Shown here piece after piece: positions 10,631 through 20,484 of a stretch of 64,000 nt of DNA. Source of the stretch: a virus; IMG/VR virus record IMGVR_UViG_3300027851_000017, positions 9,303-73,302 of that record. One strand, written 5' to 3'. A model generated the notes under the pieces. That model was not told the DNA's origin, searched no databases, and was given only the letters and a program-made list of their open reading frames with translations. The position numbers were made by a program, and so were the translations under genes. Within the stretch, counting starts at the first letter, position 1. Each line of letters begins with the position of its first letter.

Positions 10631-10884
10631 TGAAGTTCTTCGTACTTCAGCTAGCTATCTCAATAGACCAGCTGTTTAATGTATTATTAGGCGGATACGC
10701 TGATGAAACGCTAAGCTCCAGGGCTTGGCGAGCATACTACGATAAGAAGCCTTTTGGGCTGTTCTTTAAGCCGCTAATAGATGGGCTATTCTTTTTCGAC
10801 AAAGACCACTGCTTCAATTCTTTCCTAAGCGAAAGGTTAGATAGACAGCAGCCGCCTGAAAACAGGAGTAAATACCAGCCTTAG
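10630..10884 (+). CDS. hypothetical protein (84 aa)
   Basis: ATG overlaps the previous stop (ATAATG). Followed by a terminator. Confidence 0.3.
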   Translation: MKFFVLQLAISIDQLFNVLLGGYADETLSSRAWRAYYDKKPFGLFFKPLIDGLFFFDKDHCFNSFLSERLDRQQPPENRSKYQP

Positions 10885-10901
10885 GGCTGGTATTTTTTTA
10901 T
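10872..10901 (+). terminator. rho-independent terminator
   Basis: Stem taccagcc/ggctggta followed by T9. Confidence 0.75.
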
Positions 10902-11019
10902 GTTGACACTACTTCCCTATAATGGTATAATATACAAAATTGGTGGTTACGTGTGTAATTACGCATCTTCTAATAAACTATGTCCAAACAGCTTGGGCAA
11001 TAACCTTCGGATTTAAAGC

Positions 11020-11415
11020 ATGTTGAACTCGATAAAGGCTAGTATAGCTCGCAGCCTGTTTAGATACAGTAGCGATATTACTATGTTATTAGGTATAACG
11101 GCAGCAGTTTTAGCCGGCGGATTTCTCTTCTATAATAACACGATAAATATTGGGTTAATTCAGCTTATGCCTCCTTGGGCGTGGGCTCTATTTTTTAGTA
11201 TATATGGGCTACTGAAGCTCGTAGAGTCTTATAGGTGTCTACCACACTGTCTAGCTATATTTGTCAGTATATCTGGTATATGGTTGTGGTCATATTTGTT
11301 GGTATTATTTACTATAGTAGGTACGGCTCCCGTAAACTCTTTAATATTAATACCCCTAATTTGCGAGATATGGGCACTGACCAGCAGACTTTTTAATAAC
11401 GGATGTAAGGTGTAA
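11020..11415 (+). CDS. small membrane protein (131 aa, several hydrophobic helices)
   Basis: Hydrophobic segments LLGITAAVLAGGFLFY and WAWALFFSIYGLL. Confidence 0.4.
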   Translation: MLNSIKASIARSLFRYSSDITMLLGITAAVLAGGFLFYNNTINIGLIQLMPPWAWALFFSIYGLLKLVESYRCLPHCLAIFVSISGIWLWSYLLVLFTIVGTAPVNSLILIPLICEIWALTSRLFNNGCKV

Positions 11416-11418
11416 GTT

Positions 11419-11769
11419 ATGGATTTCTCATCCGTACAGATAGCCGAAACAAGCGGCTTAGTAGCTGGCGCTTTAGTAGCAATCGCCTTTGGTATGCAAA
11501 AAATGCTAAAGAATTGGAAAGAGACCAGCACAGAAAGTTCCATTCTAGATATGATGCATACAGAATTAGGCAGAATGTCGCAGCAAAATATAGTATTAAG
11601 TTCAGAACTTAATAAGTTGCAGGTGGAGTTAATAACTTTAAATAAAGAGCTTATAAAGCTTACTACTGAAAACCAACGACTGCATAGTGAAGTAGGAGCA
11701 TTAACGGCTGAAATTAATAAGCTTAAAGCTTTTCTACCTATAAGAAAGCAGCACAATGGAACCAATTAA
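11419..11769 (+). CDS. coiled-coil protein (116 aa)
   Basis: Heptad-like LNKLQVELITLNKELIKLTTENQRLHSEVGALTAEINKLK. Confidence 0.4.
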   Translation: MDFSSVQIAETSGLVAGALVAIAFGMQKMLKNWKETSTESSILDMMHTELGRMSQQNIVLSSELNKLQVELITLNKELIKLTTENQRLHSEVGALTAEINKLKAFLPIRKQHNGTN

Positions 11770-12379
11770 GTATAATATAAAGGTCCGACAAGGTACTACC
11801 TTCTCTGAGTCCTTTAGGTGGGAATCTTCGCGAAAAACTTATGCGAAGATTACTAATATAGATAAGACTGCCCCCGTAGTGATTACTACTGAAACTGCGC
11901 ACGGCATGCCTCCTGGCTGGAGATTTAGAGTCTCTGGTGTGCAAGGTATGAAGGAAATTAACTCTGCTAGCGACACGTGGTACACGTCAGATGCCCTACA
12001 GAGTACACTAACTACCTCAGTAATTAATGATGTAAACGCTATAGGCTATAGTACCTATACGGCAAATACTGGTGTAGTAGAGTTTTTTGCTCCTGCCGTA
12101 AGTGGTGCGTACGAAGCTTTGATGCAGATACGTACTAAAGTAGATGCTGACGTAGTACTGCTAGAGCTATCTACAGCTAACGGCATGATAGCTGTGGACC
12201 AGGTTACATCTACCATTAAACTGAACATACCAGATTCAGTCACTAGAGAGCTTGAATTCACTTCAGCAGTGTACAGCCTTGAACTTAAGGAAGTAACTAC
12301 CGGTAGAGTACTTCCCTTTCTTACTGGCTCCGTGTCTCTGATTAAGGACGCAACAGCATGGCCGATAGTTCAACCTTAA
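11756..12379 (+). CDS. hypothetical virion protein (207 aa)
   Basis: Overlapping start; co-oriented. Confidence 0.4.
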   Translation: MEPIKYNIKVRQGTTFSESFRWESSRKTYAKITNIDKTAPVVITTETAHGMPPGWRFRVSGVQGMKEINSASDTWYTSDALQSTLTTSVINDVNAIGYSTYTANTGVVEFFAPAVSGAYEALMQIRTKVDADVVLLELSTANGMIAVDQVTSTIKLNIPDSVTRELEFTSAVYSLELKEVTTGRVLPFLTGSVSLIKDATAWPIVQP

Positions 12380-12762
12380 TAGTTATCAACGATAGTAGTA
12401 CTTTAGTCAATATGCCTACCTCGGTATCAGTAATCCCTGATACTGAGGTGCTAGGTGTGGTTACCTCTATAGATAGTACCAATATAGTAGTATCTACAGT
12501 AGAAAAAGAAACCGTGGTATTAGTCGGAGCCCCAGGACCGGCAGGCCCTTCGGGTAAGTCGCCTGAGATAAGCCCTTCATTTGTGTACGCAGGCGGTAAG
12601 TTAGTGGGGGTTACATACCCTAGCGGTAACTATAAAGTGTTTGAGTATGTAGGTGAAGTACTAACTAAGATTACGTACTACGAGTCTGGTATATCAACCC
12701 AGAAAGTATTTTACTATAACGTAGACGGTAGTCTACAAAAAATAGAGGAGACTACATTATGA
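12358..12762 (+). CDS. hypothetical protein (134 aa)
   Basis: ORF with overlapping start. Confidence 0.35.
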   Translation: MADSSTLIVINDSSTLVNMPTSVSVIPDTEVLGVVTSIDSTNIVVSTVEKETVVLVGAPGPAGPSGKSPEISPSFVYAGGKLVGVTYPSGNYKVFEYVGEVLTKITYYESGISTQKVFYYNVDGSLQKIEETTL

Positions 12763-13139
12763 TTTTTGTAGTTACTGAAATCAGTACTGGTAAGGAAGTG
12801 TACCGATATACCTCCGACGTGGCTATTGAGTGGAAAGACATGGAGTTTGCTACTCATACTCATTTACCAGTTGTAGAGCCCGTAGATGCCGTACAGCCTG
12901 TTATTACTGAGAGAAAGATTAGTAAGTTAGAGTATATGGAGCTATTTACAGATAATGAGATGGTATCCATTTTCTCCGCAGCTAAGGCTAGTCCATTAGT
13001 AGAGATTTGGTTGGAGAAGTTTAGACTGTCGGAGTTCATAGACCTAGCTGACCCTAGAAACGCTGATGGCTTACAAGCCTTAGAATCTGCCGGTATTTTA
13101 GGTCAAGGCAGAGCTGCGGAGATATTAAATGGCAACTAA
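12759..13139 (+). CDS. hypothetical protein (126 aa)
   Basis: ATG overlaps the previous stop. Confidence 0.35.
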   Translation: MIFVVTEISTGKEVYRYTSDVAIEWKDMEFATHTHLPVVEPVDAVQPVITERKISKLEYMELFTDNEMVSIFSAAKASPLVEIWLEKFRLSEFIDLADPRNADGLQALESAGILGQGRAAEILNGN

Positions 13140-15357
13140 ATACTGCGAACCCAACTTGTACGCAGAGACGTGCGAGTTCGTCGGGAGCGTCAACGCAAAC
13201 GGCAACACCCTAACAGTCACATCAGTCACCGCTGGACGACTTGGCATTGGTGCACGCATTTTAGGGCTGGAAGACACCTACGCCAACGGCGCATTCATCA
13301 CTGCGCTTGGCACTGGCACAGGCGGTGTCGGCACCTACGCACTGCAAGTCAACTCCATCATCGCAGCAACAGGCAACCGCAACCTGACTGCCTCTCAGGT
13401 GCCTCCAATGGATGTACCCATCTGGGGTGTAGCCCAGGACGGTGATGGTCTTGCAAAAGGCGCAGCTACTCCTGCAATGGCGAGCGTTGTTTTCGGGGCG
13501 GGCGCAGCATCTGGCTCCTTCTCCGTCCTCGGCGTCAGCCTATCCCCGACGCTGACCAGCGACGTCGATGCCAACGCCAACAACCTCGCCGCTCTGATCA
13601 ACGCCTCGACTTCGGTAATTTCCTTCCCGTCTAGCTTCACAGTGAAGGGGGCGCTGCGCAACCATGTGTACGCGAGAGGTCCAGCCAACGGCGCTCCCAC
13701 CGGCACGTGCGAGATCATGACGCGACAGGGGTCTGCGCTGCACAACGGGCAGGTGGCGGCCACCCACACAGTGAACACTGTCTCGTCCGACCCTATCACG
13801 TTCTCGGGGGGTACTTCCGGCGCATGGGGCTGGATTTACCTGTGGTCAAAAATGTGGCCTACAAAGATCGCCGAGATGACATACGGCATCTGGGGCACGA
13901 TTGGTACGTACTGCGGCTCCGCGCAGGCTGGGGACGTGGTCAAGATCCGCGCAGACCGTCAGGTCTGGGGATGGACCTACACAGGCGACGGCTTCGCTCA
14001 AGGCACCTACATGTCCGGTGCTGGGACAGACCTGGACCCCGTCATCTACGAGGTTGACGATGGTACTGAGTGGGCATCACCGGCAGAGCCCGTCCTGGAG
14101 CTTGTCATGGTGGGCTCAGGGAATACGCGGTGGACTCCGCTACAGCCCGGGGCTGGTCGAACGTATCTGAAAGCCAACCGCTACAGCGACGATAAGTATG
14201 GGTGCGTGTTCCGCACAGCCGTGAACTACCCAACATCTGCACCGCACGCTAGCGCACCCCCAGTGAGTCCTCCCGTCTTGTTCCCGCTGGTCATGGAGGG
14301 GGTGCACATCAAGGTGGCTACTGGGGTTCTGAGTATTCCGGGTACCGGCTCGGCGGCGCACTACGGCGTAACCGCCGTCGCTCCGGCCACCTATCTGCGA
14401 TCTCGGCTTGAAACACACCGGAACACCAGTCTGGTGGGCGGTGGGGCCTCCGACGGTAACGGCGCGTCATTCATCGCAAGGTTCGAGGACACAATTATTG
14501 ATGCTGGTACAGACTCTTCTTCGCCCGATGCGAGCGGAGTGTTCTCTTGGACAGGTTTCGGTAGCACAGGTGTGGTCGATATCGACTTCGAGAACTGCCG
14601 TTTCCTCAACTTCGTGATCGGTAGTCGGTTCTACGCCGCGCAGTCCATGACTGACAAGCGGGTCCGCGTTCACCTGCGGGACTGCGACATGGGCGGCATC
14701 ACCGTACTGGCCCCCGTTTGGGGTGCGTCTACGCGAGGCATCCGGTTTAACGGGGTTCGCGGGGTATCTGCCGGGATCTTATCGACCAAGTCCTACGACG
14801 CGCAGGATTGGTTTGTGGACACCCACTACGGTTACGCTGCCTGGACCTCCACACGCAGCTTCCCGACCCTGAACGCAAAGCTGGCTGATGGCGTTACCCC
14901 GTGGTCAATCCAGGTGATTCCTCCGCAGGTGGCAGCAAACACGACCAAGCTGCGAGGGTTTGAGCTTCCCCGCTTCTCGAAGCGCAACACGCTCGGCGAC
15001 GGTGTCCGCACGCTGCGCGTCGAGCTAGGTGTTGAGCAGAGCCTGACGGTGGACAAGGGCGACATTGTTGTGCAGGTCGAGTACACCGACACCACTGGGC
15101 GCAAGCGTGTCGATAGCTCCTACAGCTATACACACGAGCCACTGCTGGACAGCGACGCGGCCTGGACGAACGCGGTGGGCAACCAGTTCAGCTACTCGGA
15201 CTCCGGCAACATTTACTTCAACAAGAAGTACTTGACGCTGACAACGAGCCAGCCCGTGGCTAACAACAGCAGCATCGGAGTCATCGTCTCTGTGCGCTTT
15301 AGCGTAGCGGACACCACGAAGATGCTGTTCATTGACCCCGAAGTGCAGGTGGTGTGA
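13129..15357 (+). CDS. GC-rich tail fibre / receptor-binding-like protein (742 aa)
   Basis: The whole ORF is about 60% GC against about 43% flanks. Gly/Thr/Ser-rich beta-rich composition typical of fibres and tailspikes. Confidence 0.45.
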   Translation: MATKYCEPNLYAETCEFVGSVNANGNTLTVTSVTAGRLGIGARILGLEDTYANGAFITALGTGTGGVGTYALQVNSIIAATGNRNLTASQVPPMDVPIWGVAQDGDGLAKGAATPAMASVVFGAGAASGSFSVLGVSLSPTLTSDVDANANNLAALINASTSVISFPSSFTVKGALRNHVYARGPANGAPTGTCEIMTRQGSALHNGQVAATHTVNTVSSDPITFSGGTSGAWGWIYLWSKMWPTKIAEMTYGIWGTIGTYCGSAQAGDVVKIRADRQVWGWTYTGDGFAQGTYMSGAGTDLDPVIYEVDDGTEWASPAEPVLELVMVGSGNTRWTPLQPGAGRTYLKANRYSDDKYGCVFRTAVNYPTSAPHASAPPVSPPVLFPLVMEGVHIKVATGVLSIPGTGSAAHYGVTAVAPATYLRSRLETHRNTSLVGGGASDGNGASFIARFEDTIIDAGTDSSSPDASGVFSWTGFGSTGVVDIDFENCRFLNFVIGSRFYAAQSMTDKRVRVHLRDCDMGGITVLAPVWGASTRGIRFNGVRGVSAGILSTKSYDAQDWFVDTHYGYAAWTSTRSFPTLNAKLADGVTPWSIQVIPPQVAANTTKLRGFELPRFSKRNTLGDGVRTLRVELGVEQSLTVDKGDIVVQVEYTDTTGRKRVDSSYSYTHEPLLDSDAAWTNAVGNQFSYSDSGNIYFNKKYLTLTTSQPVANNSSIGVIVSVRFSVADTTKMLFIDPEVQVV

Positions 15358-15360
15358 TCT

Positions 15361-15762
15361 ATGGGCCTCTATTCATCCACACATAACAGCACCCTGGGTG
15401 TGCCTGACTACTCTTACGTCACGGAGCGCGGCAGGTTCTACCCTGTCGTGAACGAGATGTACGAATTGCAGTCGCTGCCCACCGACCCTATTGGTGTTTT
15501 CGAGATAACATTGACCAACCTTGTTGTCGGCTCAGCTGTACATATCGAGGCGGTTGACGGCACCGTGTTGGTCAATATGGTGGCTGACGCACCAACCGAA
15601 GTGATCACGCTGCAGAGCTACGCCGCAGGGTCTGCGCTCAACAACCTGCACGTCAAGGTGCGCAAGGGCAGCGGGTCTCCGTTCTACCAGCCTTTTGAAA
15701 CATACACCACATCTGTAGTAGGCTCCCAGTCTATCTATGTGTCCCAGATTCCAGAGGAATAA
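15361..15762 (+). CDS. hypothetical protein (133 aa), N-terminal part GC-rich
   Basis: ORF directly after the 742-aa gene. Confidence 0.35.
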   Translation: MGLYSSTHNSTLGVPDYSYVTERGRFYPVVNEMYELQSLPTDPIGVFEITLTNLVVGSAVHIEAVDGTVLVNMVADAPTEVITLQSYAAGSALNNLHVKVRKGSGSPFYQPFETYTTSVVGSQSIYVSQIPEE

Positions 15763-15765
15763 TTT

Positions 15766-17208
15766 ATGGCTATTAATCCATCACAATTCACTATCGACAC
15801 TAATGGCAATATACGCCAAGTGTCGGCTTTCGTACCTGGAACTAACACTAGGTACTCTACACTAGAGCTACACGCTTGGCTACAAGATTTAGCAGATAAC
15901 CCATCACAATCAGGTGATGATAGCATTAGCATTCTGTCAGGCAACCCATCGGAGCTAGCCGGTAAACGTAATGCTAGCCGTCCTATGGCGGTAACTCTAC
16001 TTCCTAACGTTAATATTGATGACTCAACAAGTCAATGGTTTAAGTTTGGGTCTATTGAGCAAGGTGCTGGGCAGGTATTATATACAGGCCTTAAAGTACT
16101 AGGTACATTAGTAGATAGCTCGCCAATTTATATCACGCAAAGTGGTACTAAGCTAGCAAAGTATTGGTCTGATACTGATACTGCTAACTTTCAGGTATTG
16201 GTGAAAGCTAAAACTGCTGGAGCTTTAATTGACTCCGGCAACATTACTGTCTACTCTAGAAAATACGGTCAAACATATTCACATTTTGATGTTAACCTAG
16301 CTTCCGGTGGCGAGCAAGCAGCAGCTCTTGGTACTAGCTTAGATAACAATATTGCACTTACACCTGCACAAGCCGAGGCTGTGTGGAACACCCTTACTAT
16401 AGCTATAGGCGATACCTCTCAGGACTTGGGCGGAGGTCAAGGCTCTAAGCTGCATAAAGGCACTATTACATTAAATGGTACTACATCGTTAGCTCAAGCG
16501 TATCAGGCCCTAATGTGGGCTACATCTGAAGATAGCACAGCGACCATCAACGGCATGCCAGGTTGGCGCTACCGCGCTCTTACAGGCACCTACCCAGAGA
16601 ACGTAGCAGCTCCGTTTGGTTCATTTGCCGGCGGTAAGTGGTTCGTAGCTCAAGGTTGGTGGCTTGCCGGTGTAATGCCAGGAGACTCGAAGAACTATCA
16701 GCTTACTAGCCACGATGGTACAGTGCAGACTCCACCTACAACAGTTTCTGTAACGGTTACTGGAGTAGAGGCCGGAGACTACGTATTAGCAGTACGTGAT
16801 AATGGTGGTAGTGGTATGAACTTTACAGAGTATGTAGTTACTGCGACTGCAGGAGCTTCTACTGTAACTGTTGCAGGGCTGAAGGTAGATACTCCCTCTG
16901 TTGGCGTAATTAGAATTAACTCCGATAGGTACACATATACCGGTCGTAGCGGTGAGACACTAACCGGACTATCTCCTGTAATTAAAGCTGGTGGCTACGC
17001 TGCTGTACCTGCCTTTGTACCGCTAATTGACGATGTGGCTACTTCTAGCTCTATAGCTAGTGGGGTATTCCAGTACACTACATCGTTTGCTTGCAGATAC
17101 AAGATTCGTAGAGGTACTAGCGGATCGTCTATTGTACCTTTTGAGTCTATTATGCAGGTTACGGAAACCGGTGGTTCAGGTACTGCTGTACGTAACGCAG
17201 ACGAGTAA
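15766..17208 (+). CDS. structural protein (480 aa)
   Basis: Long ORF with AGGAAT SD-like upstream. Confidence 0.4.
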   Translation: MAINPSQFTIDTNGNIRQVSAFVPGTNTRYSTLELHAWLQDLADNPSQSGDDSISILSGNPSELAGKRNASRPMAVTLLPNVNIDDSTSQWFKFGSIEQGAGQVLYTGLKVLGTLVDSSPIYITQSGTKLAKYWSDTDTANFQVLVKAKTAGALIDSGNITVYSRKYGQTYSHFDVNLASGGEQAAALGTSLDNNIALTPAQAEAVWNTLTIAIGDTSQDLGGGQGSKLHKGTITLNGTTSLAQAYQALMWATSEDSTATINGMPGWRYRALTGTYPENVAAPFGSFAGGKWFVAQGWWLAGVMPGDSKNYQLTSHDGTVQTPPTTVSVTVTGVEAGDYVLAVRDNGGSGMNFTEYVVTATAGASTVTVAGLKVDTPSVGVIRINSDRYTYTGRSGETLTGLSPVIKAGGYAAVPAFVPLIDDVATSSSIASGVFQYTTSFACRYKIRRGTSGSSIVPFESIMQVTETGGSGTAVRNADE

Positions 17209-17217
17209 GGATAATAC

Positions 17218-17676
17218 ATGCCAGCAACCTTTGATACGGCAAATAAGATAATAGAGCTAACTAGCTCTATTATCGATCTTCCTGTGTTTCATCAGGAGTT
17301 ACGCGAATGGGAAAGTAGTCCTGCTGGTATAGTAAATCCTACAACTCACAAATGGAAAGCTCTAGACTTAGGTGGTGGGGCCTTCTTCTACCAATGTGAC
17401 CTTACAAATGGCTGGAGAATAAAGTTTCCTCAGCCAGGCAGTTATGTTATAGAAGGAAACCTAAATGGTGAGGTAATACCTGTAGCAGGCGTATTTATAA
17501 ATAGAAAGACGTCATCGGCGTATTCTACTACAAGTGTAGGTACTAGCGGACCTACTGCGGCATCAATTGCCGCTGAACTGCTATCAGCTCTAGAATTATC
17601 ACCGGTGCTTGCAAAAGAGAGCACTTCCGCTAAAGTACTTGCGGCAGCGAACTTAGCGGCTGCACTATCAGCTTAA
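17218..17676 (+). CDS. hypothetical protein (152 aa)
   Basis: ORF with AAGGA upstream. Confidence 0.35.
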   Translation: MPATFDTANKIIELTSSIIDLPVFHQELREWESSPAGIVNPTTHKWKALDLGGGAFFYQCDLTNGWRIKFPQPGSYVIEGNLNGEVIPVAGVFINRKTSSAYSTTSVGTSGPTAASIAAELLSALELSPVLAKESTSAKVLAAANLAAALSA

Positions 17677-17685
17677 GGAATTAAT

Positions 17686-18204
17686 ATGTTACCAATTATA
17701 GCCGGGATCGTATCTCAGCTTGTGGCAAATAACTTACCAAAGTTAGCACAGGCTGTGACCGATAAAGGTGTGAAATATGTGGAAGAGAAGCTAGGTCTAC
17801 CGTTAAAGCCTGACATGAGTGAGGAAGAACTAGCCCGCATCAGACAAGAATCGCAAAAGTTTGAAGAGTTTCAGATTACTACAGACTTAGCTAATCTGAA
17901 AGACGCGCGTGCTATGCAGGTAGCAGCGTTAAGTCAGGACGACTTATTTAGTAAGCGTTTCGTATACTATTTTATCTCATTCTGGAGCTTTGTATCGGCT
18001 ACCTATATAGGCTTCGTTACATTTGCTATTATACCTGAAAGTAACACGCGCACAGCCGATACAGTACTAGGTATTATACTTGGTACTATTATTACTGGTA
18101 TGTTCAATTACCTAATCGGTAGCACCATTACTAGCAGACAGAAAAACGATATGCTGGCGAAGAGAGCGCAAGATGAATCTACTGGACACTCTAACAACAA
18201 ATGA
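17686..18204 (+). CDS. membrane protein, holin-like by position (172 aa)
   Basis: Hydrophobic helices FVYYFISFWSFVSATYIGFVTFAII and VLGIILGTIITGMFNYLIG. Immediately upstream of the endolysin. Confidence 0.35.
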   Translation: MLPIIAGIVSQLVANNLPKLAQAVTDKGVKYVEEKLGLPLKPDMSEEELARIRQESQKFEEFQITTDLANLKDARAMQVAALSQDDLFSKRFVYYFISFWSFVSATYIGFVTFAIIPESNTRTADTVLGIILGTIITGMFNYLIGSTITSRQKNDMLAKRAQDESTGHSNNK

Positions 18205-18868
18205 CCTAGTATCGGGCATTGGCTGCAAAACAGTCGATGCCGAGAACTGGTTACCGTACATTAGAGCAGTACTACCTAGTTTCGGTATTGTGACTAAGGA
18301 GCGCATTGCTGCATTCCTTAGCCAGTGTGCTGTTGAGAGTGCTGCCTTTAGTACGCTATCCGAGAACCTTAACTACTCAGCCAAAGGCTTGGCCACTACG
18401 TGGCCAGTCAGGTATGCTTCCAAAAATCTAGCAGGTAAGTACAAACGTGATTCAGAAGGTAAGTACGTGCCAAATGCTAAAGCACTAGCAATTGCTCGTA
18501 AGCCTATTGCTATAGCCAATCACTGCTACGCTAATAGAATGGGCAATGGTGATGAGGCTTCCGGTGACGGATGGAAGTTTAGAGGTCGTGGTCTGAAGCA
18601 GCTAACTGGGCGAAGTAACTATACAATGATGTCACGTAAGACTGGCGTAGACTTTGTTAATGAGCCTGATAAGCTGTTAGAGCCTGTATACGCGCTACTT
18701 AGTGCATGTGTATTTTGGCAAGAGAATAAACTAGGGCCTATTGCTGATACAGGCAATATTACACAACTAACTAAAGTAGTTAATGGTGGGGCTAATGGGC
18801 TGCCGCAGCGTAAAGCTCTATACATAAAAATGATCGGAATTCTAGATGCACGTGAACGAGCTATCTGA
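18173..18868 (+). CDS. endolysin, glycoside hydrolase family 19 (chitinase-like)
   Basis: Signature FRGRGLKQLTGRSNY and the surrounding GH19-like core. Confidence 0.7.
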   Translation: MNLLDTLTTNDLVSGIGCKTVDAENWLPYIRAVLPSFGIVTKERIAAFLSQCAVESAAFSTLSENLNYSAKGLATTWPVRYASKNLAGKYKRDSEGKYVPNAKALAIARKPIAIANHCYANRMGNGDEASGDGWKFRGRGLKQLTGRSNYTMMSRKTGVDFVNEPDKLLEPVYALLSACVFWQENKLGPIADTGNITQLTKVVNGGANGLPQRKALYIKMIGILDARERAI

Positions 18869-19133
18869 CGAGGACTTAGCTTGTGTAGTAATGCAAGTAG
18901 AAAAATCACTTACGTACGACCCTCTCTCTATTTTTAATAGAGAGATACACATACTTCAAAGATTTGGGCCATACTTTACGGCCCACGTTAAGTCAGTTAC
19001 AAAAATACCTGGACTTAACAGCTGGGTCAAGGGTATGGGTAACTCGCCTATACAGGCACTACTGAGGGCTCATGTGATTAATCACTTAGGCTCCGATGTA
19101 ACTCCAGATCAGTCATGGTATACCACTAAGTAA
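18846..19133 (+). CDS. hypothetical protein (95 aa)
   Basis: ORF overlapping the end of the endolysin gene. Confidence 0.3.
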   Translation: MHVNELSDEDLACVVMQVEKSLTYDPLSIFNREIHILQRFGPYFTAHVKSVTKIPGLNSWVKGMGNSPIQALLRAHVINHLGSDVTPDQSWYTTK

Positions 19134-19135
19134 AT

Positions 19136-19180
19136 TTTGACTTGCTAGTGTTTAGCTACACTGCTATAATATATTTACAG
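19136..19180 (+). promoter_or_regulatory. putative sigma70-like promoter (TTGACT ... TGcTATAAT)
   Basis: TTGACT plus an extended -10 TGCTATAAT. The spacer is long (about 22 nt), hence low confidence. Confidence 0.3.
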
Positions 19181-19190
19181 CGTACATAAG

Positions 19191-19916
19191 TTGTACGATT
19201 TTATCAACCTAACCATAATCTCTATGGCAGTTAATTCAGGTAAAAAAGCTCGTCGGGCCACAGGCGGCCAAACAGAGCGCACTATTGAGCACGGGTTCAA
19301 GTCTATTAAGCCTTTAACCGAAGCTCAAGCCGAGTACCAAGATGCTATCCATACGTCGGACGTAATCTTCGGAATCGGTGATGCTGGAACCGGTAAAACT
19401 TTTGTGGCAGCGTCCTATGCAGCCGAACAACTATTTTACCGCAAGGTGGATAAAGTTATCCTTACTAGACCTAACGAGGAGACAGGACCTAAGCTAGGTT
19501 TCCTACCAGGTGAGCTAGACGAAAAGTTCGCACCATATCTAGATCCTTTCGATAAGGTATTCTCTCTAGCCTTGGGACGTAGTAATTACGAGCTAATGCT
19601 TAAGAGTAAGCGTATTGAACCTAAGCCATTAGGATTTATGCGCGGAGCTAGTTTTGACAATGCAATTATCCTAGTAGATGAGGCCCAGAATATTACTAAA
19701 GGCGCCTTGAAGATGCTTCTTAGTCGTATCGGTCGCAACTGTAAGGTAATCCTAAGTGGTGATCCAGACCAGGTCGATATCAATAATAGTGGACTTAAAG
19801 ACGCTGTACGTAGACTAGGTCATTTGCCAGGTATTTCAGTAGTTGAGTTTACCACTGATGATATTGTGCGTAGCGCAATGTGTAAGCAGGTTATTCTCGC
19901 ATACAAAAACAAGTAA
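19191..19916 (+). CDS. phoH: PhoH-family ATPase
   Basis: Walker A GIGDAGTGKTF and a PhoH-like core (ILVDEAQN, GDPDQVD). Confidence 0.8.
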   Translation: MYDFINLTIISMAVNSGKKARRATGGQTERTIEHGFKSIKPLTEAQAEYQDAIHTSDVIFGIGDAGTGKTFVAASYAAEQLFYRKVDKVILTRPNEETGPKLGFLPGELDEKFAPYLDPFDKVFSLALGRSNYELMLKSKRIEPKPLGFMRGASFDNAIILVDEAQNITKGALKMLLSRIGRNCKVILSGDPDQVDINNSGLKDAVRRLGHLPGISVVEFTTDDIVRSAMCKQVILAYKNK

Positions 19917-19920
19917 CAAA

Positions 19921-19997
19921 CAAAAAAGCCCTATAATCATATAGATTATAGGGCTTTTCTTTTGGCCGTATAGTCACTTCGACTATACGGCTTTTTG
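19921..19997. terminator. bidirectional terminator region (two hairpins) separating the + late block from the - early block
   Basis: Hairpin 1 is aagccctataatc-atataga-gattatagggctt flanked by an A-run and a T-run. Hairpin 2 is ggccgtatagtc-acttcg-actatacggc followed by T5. Confidence 0.7.
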
Positions 19998-20001
19998 CGT
20001 T

Positions 20002-20262
20002 TTAACCTTCTAAGTACTTACGAAGGTTTTGTAAAGTGCCAACTACCTCAGTAGTGCCATTCGAGTCAGTGACTTCAATGTACGGCATCATACGTACGTC
20101 TGGATACTTACTAGTAAAATCACTTGCAAGCATACCATTGAGTCCACGTATTGAAGTTGCTGTGACGTATATTTCTTGATAATTCTTTTTCAATGCGTTA
20201 AGCAACGCCTTAGCTTGATCACATTGAGGGCAACCATTTTTTGTATAAACTGTAAATTTCAT
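20002..20262 (-). CDS. nrdH: glutaredoxin-like protein (NrdH-type) with CPQC active site
   Basis: MKFTVYTKNGCPQCDQAKALL; 86 aa; adjacent to the RNR. Confidence 0.7.
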   Translation of the reverse strand: MKFTVYTKNGCPQCDQAKALLNALKKNYQEIYVTATSIRGLNGMLASDFTSKYPDVRMMPYIEVTDSNGTTEVVGTLQNLRKYLEG

Positions 20263-20265
20263 ATT

Positions 20266-20481
20266 TTAGTTCCAGCGAGCTGGAGTCACTACTAATAGGT
20301 TAATAGGCGGTAAGTCTAGGTCAGGCCAGTATTTATCTACTGTTAGTCTAAGCATTATGCGGTCACGCTGGGCGTCAGTAAACGACGCCCAGTTGACTAT
20401 TTCTGCTTTTGTCCTGCCACACCCTTCACACACTTCTTTGTGCACATCTAACTTGCACTGGCGTATGCAAGGCGATTTCAT
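20266..20481 (-). CDS. small Cys-rich protein (DUF1289-like, CxxC x2)
   Basis: CIRQCKLDVHKEVCEGCGRTKAEI. Confidence 0.45.
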   Translation of the reverse strand: MKSPCIRQCKLDVHKEVCEGCGRTKAEIVNWASFTDAQRDRIMLRLTVDKYWPDLDLPPINLLVVTPARWN

Positions 20482-20484
20482 ACA

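Noticed and set aside
13170-15142. Multiple 60-135 aa ORFs in alternative frames and strands inside 13129..15357 and inside 4252..7024
   Set aside because: They are artefacts of the about 60% GC composition, which leaves long stop-free stretches in all frames. They have Arg/Pro/Ala-rich low-complexity translations and are fully embedded in the long fibre genes.
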